Shown one piece after another: positions 15,175 through 20,000 of a DNA stretch of 20,000 nucleotides; positions within the stretch are counted from its first letter, which is position 1; every line of letters begins with the position of its first letter. The stretch lies in the IMG/VR virus record IMGVR_UViG_3300030101_004109, one strand, 5' to 3'. The position numbers and the translations under genes are program-made. This stretch comes from an uncultured virus (IMG/VR IMGVR_UViG_3300030101_004109). Its lineage: Duplodnaviria; Heunggongvirae; Uroviricota; Caudoviricetes. The notes under the pieces were generated by a model. The model had not been told where the DNA came from. It ran no database searches and saw only the letters and a program-made list of their open reading frames with translations.

Positions 15175-15191
15175 TGGCACGGATCTTGCAT
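15175..15191 (+). promoter_or_regulatory. Sigma54 consensus TGGCACGGATCTTGCAT
   Basis: Exact match to TGGCACG-N4-TTGCW. Confidence 0.7.
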
Positions 15192-15347
15192 AGGAAACGG
15201 GCGCGCTCACATCGGCCCACACCGAACGCTTGTTATGCACCGGTGGCATAGGGGAAACCCCGTATAGGTAGAAACCCCTACCCCGGTGCATCCATAACGA
15301 TCGTTATGCGTTACACATAACAAGTGTTCTGTAACCCCCGCCCAGCC

Positions 15348-15373
15348 CCGATGGTTGTGATCACAACCATCGG
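15348..15373. repeat. Perfect 26-bp palindrome CCGATGGTTGTGA|TCACAACCATCGG
   Basis: Seen directly. Confidence 0.9.
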
Positions 15374-15508
15374 CTCACGTCAAGCCTTGAAAAATTTTTT
15401 TAGACCCCCAATGCCCCCCCAAACAAAATATTATATAATGATCACCCCCCAAAATTTACGCGCCCAATTTTTCAAATTAAAAAAGTTGAAGAAATTTCAA
15501 CATTTCCC

Positions 15509-15537
15509 TTGCCCTGCGCGACCCGATCGGCTACCTT
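15509..15537 (+). promoter_or_regulatory. Putative sigma70-like promoter TTGCCC-N17-TACCTT for the rightward operon
   Basis: Correct spacing, AT-rich upstream region. Confidence 0.4.
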
Positions 15538-15607
15538 ATTGCCGGGTGATGGGGCCCGACCGGCCACATTTTCCTGTCCTTTAATCCCTTCGAGGCCGAT
15601 AAAACCT

Positions 15608-16609
15608 ATGTCTATTCTTTCCATGCTATTTAATAGTTACCCCATGTTGACTCAATCCATGCCTGATGGGCTAACGGCGCCGGTGACGGACGGTTCCGGG
15701 CGATACATGGAAGCAGGGGTGGCGTTGAAGTGTCTTGTATATCCCATTGACGCCGATCCGGCAACGCTACATTTAGTTGGGCTGCGGCTGAACAGCGGCG
15801 GTCAGGGCGTTTCGGCCCCTCCTGCAGCACCGTCGCCCGTCCAAACCCTTCTGTTTGATGTGGATAACGCCACAATAGAAGAAGCAGCACTACCCCTAGT
15901 AACACAAGAAGCCCCTAAAATAGCGCCTCTGGAGACCCCTACCCTTACCCCTCTGGAGCCCTTAGAAGCCCCTTCAGCGGGTGACCAAAATCCCAGTTTT
16001 TCCGATGTGGCCGCTCCCGATCCAGCGCACGACGAAATCCCGGCAGTTTCGATGGAGCCTTATTTAGACCGAGCTTACGCAAAACTTGAAGAGTTGCCTT
16101 GGGTAGAGGGCCTTACTCCTGCGGATGAAGAGGGTTTGTCTCCCCTGGCAGACGCTTACGCACAAGTTAAAAACAAAAGGCTCGTGAACTTCGTGGTGCG
16201 CCTCGGAAACCCCACAACATCAAACACGGGTATTTACTCCGAGTCTCGCATGGGCGGTGCTTACCAGTGCTACGGCGCTATTGTTATCGGTTCCGACCAT
16301 CCCGACAGCAGTTTGATGCCCGATATTGCGACAGGACCGTCTCTCCGCGCCCGCTTGTTTGAGCTGGAAGACGAAACTCCTGTATTCTTCCACGTTATGC
16401 ACCGGGTTGAAGTTGTTAACGCCATCCGTTCTACCGAACTGTTCTCTTCCTTCGCCCGTAGTGTTGCCGCAGAACATCAAGATAGAGTAAACAACAGGGC
16501 CGCTGCAGCAAGAGAGAAAGAAAACGACGAGCTTGGTGCGATCCTTAGCGACCCGAAGATGGTAAAGGCGCTTTTCGCCCGTCTTATGGAAAACGCGGAG
16601 GGTAACTAA
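15608..16609 (+). CDS. Hypothetical protein with Pro/Ala-rich linker (start uncertain)
   Basis: Long ORF, TAATG-coupled to the next gene. Confidence 0.8.
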   Translation: MSILSMLFNSYPMLTQSMPDGLTAPVTDGSGRYMEAGVALKCLVYPIDADPATLHLVGLRLNSGGQGVSAPPAAPSPVQTLLFDVDNATIEEAALPLVTQEAPKIAPLETPTLTPLEPLEAPSAGDQNPSFSDVAAPDPAHDEIPAVSMEPYLDRAYAKLEELPWVEGLTPADEEGLSPLADAYAQVKNKRLVNFVVRLGNPTTSNTGIYSESRMGGAYQCYGAIVIGSDHPDSSLMPDIATGPSLRARLFELEDETPVFFHVMHRVEVVNAIRSTELFSSFARSVAAEHQDRVNNRAAAAREKENDELGAILSDPKMVKALFARLMENAEGN

Positions 16610-17022
16610 TGTATAAGCAGCCTGCCATTTTCCGCCGTATCCTAAAACGCCTAGGCGCCAAAGCTGCCCTTCAGATGATTTTCGACAAAGAGTCGGGCAT
16701 GACTAAGATGGCTATTGCGATGAAGTATCATTTGTCCCCATCTTACATGACTGAGTTTTTCCAGCACTTAGATGGCTACATGACTTACGCCATTCCCCAA
16801 GACTTTATGCTGTCTGACATGGGTGACGAAAACCTTGTCGCGTTAAACGGCAGTAAGGAACGCGCGGCGTATCTCAGGGCAAATGGGTACGCCCCAGTTG
16901 CTCCCAAAGACGCAGGTGAATACTTAGTTGACTTACCCGATGAAAAACAAGTACCATTTATACTAAACCCGACACTTAGGGCTACGGCCTATTGGGCTAG
17001 AAGGGACTTGAAAAGTTACTAA
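16609..17022 (+). CDS. Hypothetical protein, possible N-terminal HTH
   Basis: GGAGG RBS; GMTKMAIAMKYHLSPSYM is HTH-like. Confidence 0.8.
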   Translation: MYKQPAIFRRILKRLGAKAALQMIFDKESGMTKMAIAMKYHLSPSYMTEFFQHLDGYMTYAIPQDFMLSDMGDENLVALNGSKERAAYLRANGYAPVAPKDAGEYLVDLPDEKQVPFILNPTLRATAYWARRDLKSY

Positions 17023-17222
17023 TGCCTATTTATGAACAGAAATGCAAAAAGTGTTTTACCCGATTTGAGGTACTTGTATCTTTCGCAGACGCCAGAAAGC
17101 CTATTGCTTGCATTGAATGCGGCGCGGCTTCCACCGTCCGATTGATTTCAAAGTCTTCTTTCGCCCTAAAAGGTGATGGCTGGGCTAAAGATGGCTATGG
17201 TAGCTCAGGAACAAAAGAATGA
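17022..17222 (+). CDS. FmdB-family zinc-ribbon protein
   Basis: MPIYE.KCKKC...FE.L......C.ECG....RLIS...F.LKG.GW signature. Confidence 0.85.
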   Translation: MPIYEQKCKKCFTRFEVLVSFADARKPIACIECGAASTVRLISKSSFALKGDGWAKDGYGSSGTKE

Positions 17223-17602
17223 GGATTGATATGACTGCAACTATTTTGATTGTTAGCGGCGTTGCTTTACTACTTAGCGGCGGTGCTGTGGGCTGGTCTT
17301 TGCGGGGTGAGCGTACCTCAAAAGTTTTAGAAGCCCAAACCGAACTTATTGGGGAAGTACAAACAGGCCAGAACGAACTACTCGAAGCCGCACAAAAGCC
17401 CGTCGTCATTGACGCGGAAGTTAAAGCCGCGCTTGCCGATCTTCCCCCCGCCTGTATCGTAAGTGCTGGCGGCGATCCCCTGTCTCCCCAATGCGCCCTT
17501 CAATCCTGCTGGCGTTATGGCCAGTCAGCCGCACAGCGCCCTAACTGTGATGGTGTAGAAGCTGCGGCTTTGGCGGCCTATGAAGCAAAGGCAAAGAAAT
17601 GA
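17219..17602 (+). CDS. Membrane-anchored hypothetical protein with Cys-containing C-terminal domain
   Basis: N-terminal hydrophobic segment, coiled-coil-like stretch, 4 Cys; ATGA overlaps. Confidence 0.75.
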   Translation: MRIDMTATILIVSGVALLLSGGAVGWSLRGERTSKVLEAQTELIGEVQTGQNELLEAAQKPVVIDAEVKAALADLPPACIVSAGGDPLSPQCALQSCWRYGQSAAQRPNCDGVEAAALAAYEAKAKK

Positions 17603-18156
17603 CTAATCCAACTATTCGCACGCTGGGCAAAGATGATTGGATGACTCCCACATCTGTGTTTGCGCCATTACACGCAATCTTCAACTTTACAGGTGACGGT
17701 TGTGCGACAGATGAGCGGGCTTCCTGCCTCTCCCGGTTTATCTCGCCCGAAGAAGATGCTTTGTCGGTTGACTGGGATCATATAGGTCCTCGTGTTTGGC
17801 TGAATCCCCCCTACGGGCGGCAGATCAAAAAGTGGTTTGCCAAAACGGTAGCGCAGTGCGCTTTGAAAAAAGTAGATACTGTAGTTATGTTAACCTTCGG
17901 TAACACCGACACAACCTATTGGCGAGATTATGTAGCGAACGCCCCTCATTGTCACCAAGTAGTGTTTCTGCGGCCTCGCGTTAAGTTTGAGCGGCCTGAC
18001 GGGATTGGTGCTGTGGGGGCCCCGAAAGGATCTGCGGTCATAGTTTACCGATCGGAGCCAAGGCCCTACAACCATGGACAGGGGTATTGGCCGAAGCACA
18101 CTTATGCAGATTACACTAAAAAAGATTGGATAATTAGGTCGGGGATAACTTCGTGA
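17599..18156 (+). CDS. Phage-type DNA N6-adenine methyltransferase (Dam family)
   Basis: DDWMTP, D.CA, DAL..DW and VWLNPPYG motifs. Confidence 0.9.
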   Translation: MTNPTIRTLGKDDWMTPTSVFAPLHAIFNFTGDGCATDERASCLSRFISPEEDALSVDWDHIGPRVWLNPPYGRQIKKWFAKTVAQCALKKVDTVVMLTFGNTDTTYWRDYVANAPHCHQVVFLRPRVKFERPDGIGAVGAPKGSAVIVYRSEPRPYNHGQGYWPKHTYADYTKKDWIIRSGITS

Positions 18157-18719
18157 ACATTCTTTCGGTTGACTTGGACTATGCGTTTAGCCCTTCCATA
18201 TCAGCGTATGATGACTTTGTGGAAGGGGGCCGTATATCCTTAGCGGCCCAAAAAGCTATATTTGAGCGAGAAAACCTGCCGCCTCCGACAGTAAACTTGG
18301 CTAAGCTTGATTTGTTACGCCGGGTTGTCTCAGAAAAGGTTTCCGCTAATGCAGATGTTATCCTGTCGGCCAACCACCATAGTATAATGCGTTACTTGCC
18401 TTTAGGTAGCCTATTTAATGTAACTAACTTTGACCACCATCATGATATTTACTATCCTGGCTGGCACTCGTTAGACACCTTAGATGAGGGTAACTGGGTG
18501 TATTGGGCTTCTAAGCGGGGCCTTACTGAGTACGTTTGGTACAAAAACCCCGATTCTGAGGCGATAAGCCCTTCTGTACCTGCTATGCCTTTGGTTGTAG
18601 AAGAAAAGACTCGCGTAGACCTAAGCTCGTTGCCTGAGTTTAGTCTGGTTTTTGCCTGCTGGTCGCCGCATTGGACTGGCGATTGTGGCAAGTCGCTGTT
18701 ACTTGATGTTTTTCGCTAG
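18153..18719 (+). CDS. UPF0489-like / arginase-deacetylase-fold putative metallohydrolase
   Basis: LSVDLDY, NHH, NFDHHHDI, DEGNW and C.SP.W motifs; family recalled, not searched. Confidence 0.6.
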   Translation: MNILSVDLDYAFSPSISAYDDFVEGGRISLAAQKAIFERENLPPPTVNLAKLDLLRRVVSEKVSANADVILSANHHSIMRYLPLGSLFNVTNFDHHHDIYYPGWHSLDTLDEGNWVYWASKRGLTEYVWYKNPDSEAISPSVPAMPLVVEEKTRVDLSSLPEFSLVFACWSPHWTGDCGKSLLLDVFR

Positions 18720-18822
18720 CCCCTAACTGTGTTTTGCCCAACAAGGTTGCTGTTGTATGTCAGCCCAAAAAGTGTGGTTTTACGGAGACGAAGGTTTTCG
18801 GCCCAAAAAAGGAAATCATTTC

Positions 18823-19299
18823 ATGTCCCATGATATATCGTTAGTTACTAACATAGGCATAGTTTGTATGGAAAACCAAGAGGGTTGTGTAAAGCCTCGT
18901 ATGCCGTTTCAGGGTTCTGCCCAAGCTGCCGGTTGGGACATTTCCACTAACATCGCAGACCCCGTCACCCTTAAAGCTGGAGAGTGGCGCTTATTCCCCA
19001 CGGGACTAAAGCTTATGATTCCCGATGGTTATGAGATTCAAGTGCGGCCCAGATCGGGTTTGGCCTTAAAGAAAGGCTTGACTGTTTTGAACGCGCCGGG
19101 TACCATTGACAGTGACTACACTGGGGAGTTAGGGGTTATTCTGATTAACCATTCGCCTAACTCTAAGGTAGTTAATCCCTACGAGCGTATTGCTCAGATT
19201 GTGCTGAAGAAGGTAGAGCGTGTAGCATTTAGGCAAACCGCGACGATTACCAAGGATACTAAGCGCGGCTCTGGCGGTTTCGGGTCTTCTGGAGAGTAA
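18823..19299 (+). CDS. dut: Trimeric dUTPase (start may be 18757)
   Basis: AGWDI, PTGL, RPRSGLA, GTIDSDYTGE, ERIAQ and RGSGGFGSSG motifs. Confidence 0.97.
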   Translation: MSHDISLVTNIGIVCMENQEGCVKPRMPFQGSAQAAGWDISTNIADPVTLKAGEWRLFPTGLKLMIPDGYEIQVRPRSGLALKKGLTVLNAPGTIDSDYTGELGVILINHSPNSKVVNPYERIAQIVLKKVERVAFRQTATITKDTKRGSGGFGSSGE

Positions 19300-19544
19300 T
19301 GCTTTGCCCTAAATGTGACCACGCCTATTCTTCTGTGCTACACACTACAAACTCAATGCGAGACCCCTATCGTCACCCTTTATGGTTTAGGGCTTTCGCC
19401 GAACACTACCCTTCACTAATAATGCGAAAGCGTAAGTGTCTGAAGTGCGGTAATAGGTGGAAAACTTTGGAGCTTCCGTTAGAAGACTTTAAGTACATCG
19501 GCAAACCAGAACAGATAAAAGAGCTGCCGCTAAAAAATGACTAA
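19299..19544 (+). CDS. NrdR N-terminal-like zinc-ribbon protein lacking the ATP cone
   Basis: MLCPKC...S.V..T...RKRKCLKCGNRWKTLE. Confidence 0.7.
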   Translation: MLCPKCDHAYSSVLHTTNSMRDPYRHPLWFRAFAEHYPSLIMRKRKCLKCGNRWKTLELPLEDFKYIGKPEQIKELPLKND

Positions 19545-20000
19545 AAAGAAAAGACGCCGTAATGAAGTCTGTAAAGACTTACCGGGAGAGCGGTGGAAGA
19601 CGATTCCCGGCTATCCCGATGTTTATGAAGTCTCTTCTTTTGGCCGTGCGCGCACTTGGGTGGGTAAAGGGCGCTCTATGAAGCAGGGCCGAGGGAAAGT
19701 TGCTTACTTAATGAATCTGCTGCCAGATAAAGCAGGTTATCTGAGAGTTCGCATGACTATTGGCCCTAAAAACATAAAGACGCCTTTTATTCACCAGTTA
19801 GTTCTTTTGGCTTTTGTGGGGCCCCGTCCCGAGGGTTACCTAACGCGCCATTTAGACGGATGTCCTCAGAACAACGTCATATGTAACCTAGCCTGGGGTA
19901 CTTACAAGCAAAATGCAGATGATAGAAAGGTTCACGGAACGAATAAAGTCGGCGAGGATAACCCCAATAGCAAGATAACAGAAGATATAGTAAGAGAGAT
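19537..20000 (+). CDS. NUMOD4-HNH homing endonuclease (truncated by the window edge)
   Basis: ERWKTIPGYPDVYEVSSFGRAR (NUMOD4); IHQLVLLAFVGPRP...RHLDG...NN...NL.W...N (HNH). Confidence 0.9.
   Translation, partial: MTKKKRRRNEVCKDLPGERWKTIPGYPDVYEVSSFGRARTWVGKGRSMKQGRGKVAYLMNLLPDKAGYLRVRMTIGPKNIKTPFIHQLVLLAFVGPRPEGYLTRHLDGCPQNNVICNLAWGTYKQNADDRKVHGTNKVGEDNPNSKITEDIVRE

Noticed and set aside
14902..15584. Short ORFs in the divergent control region
   Set aside because: Mutually overlapping, no RBS, and they run through palindromes and tandem repeats
17219..17602. Spanin or other lysis gene
   Set aside because: TM plus coiled-coil is suggestive, but no o-spanin lipobox ORF, holin or endolysin is adjacent

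Overview
This window looks like part of a large dsDNA bacteriophage genome. Bases 1-12150 are a tightly packed leftward (minus-strand) array of about 37 small, mostly orphan genes, consistent with an early or host-takeover region. It ends in three tRNAs (Arg-UCU, Leu-UAA, Lys-UUU). Most of these genes share a start-associated motif (TTGGAGAGTG...ATG). Eleven intergenic gaps carry a repeated covarying stem-loop, and seven of these also contain a sigma70-like promoter. Bases 12150-15600 are almost entirely non-coding but highly organised: a ~1.07 kb densely folded candidate ncRNA behind a promoter, 11 degenerate 27-bp dyad sites, five sigma54-consensus sites, palindromes and A/C-tracts. This may be a genome-end or control region. 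Bases 15600-20000 are a rightward operon with hypothetical genes, an FmdB-like zinc ribbon, a phage adenine methyltransferase, a UPF0489-like protein, dUTPase, an NrdR-like zinc ribbon and a NUMOD4-HNH endonuclease. The strongest novelty candidates are the large structured RNA, the hairpin-promoter repeats, a 103-nt tRNA mimic without a standard D-arm, and a 259-bp ORF-bearing insertion that splits a small gene. All folds and family assignments were made by eye, with no database searches.
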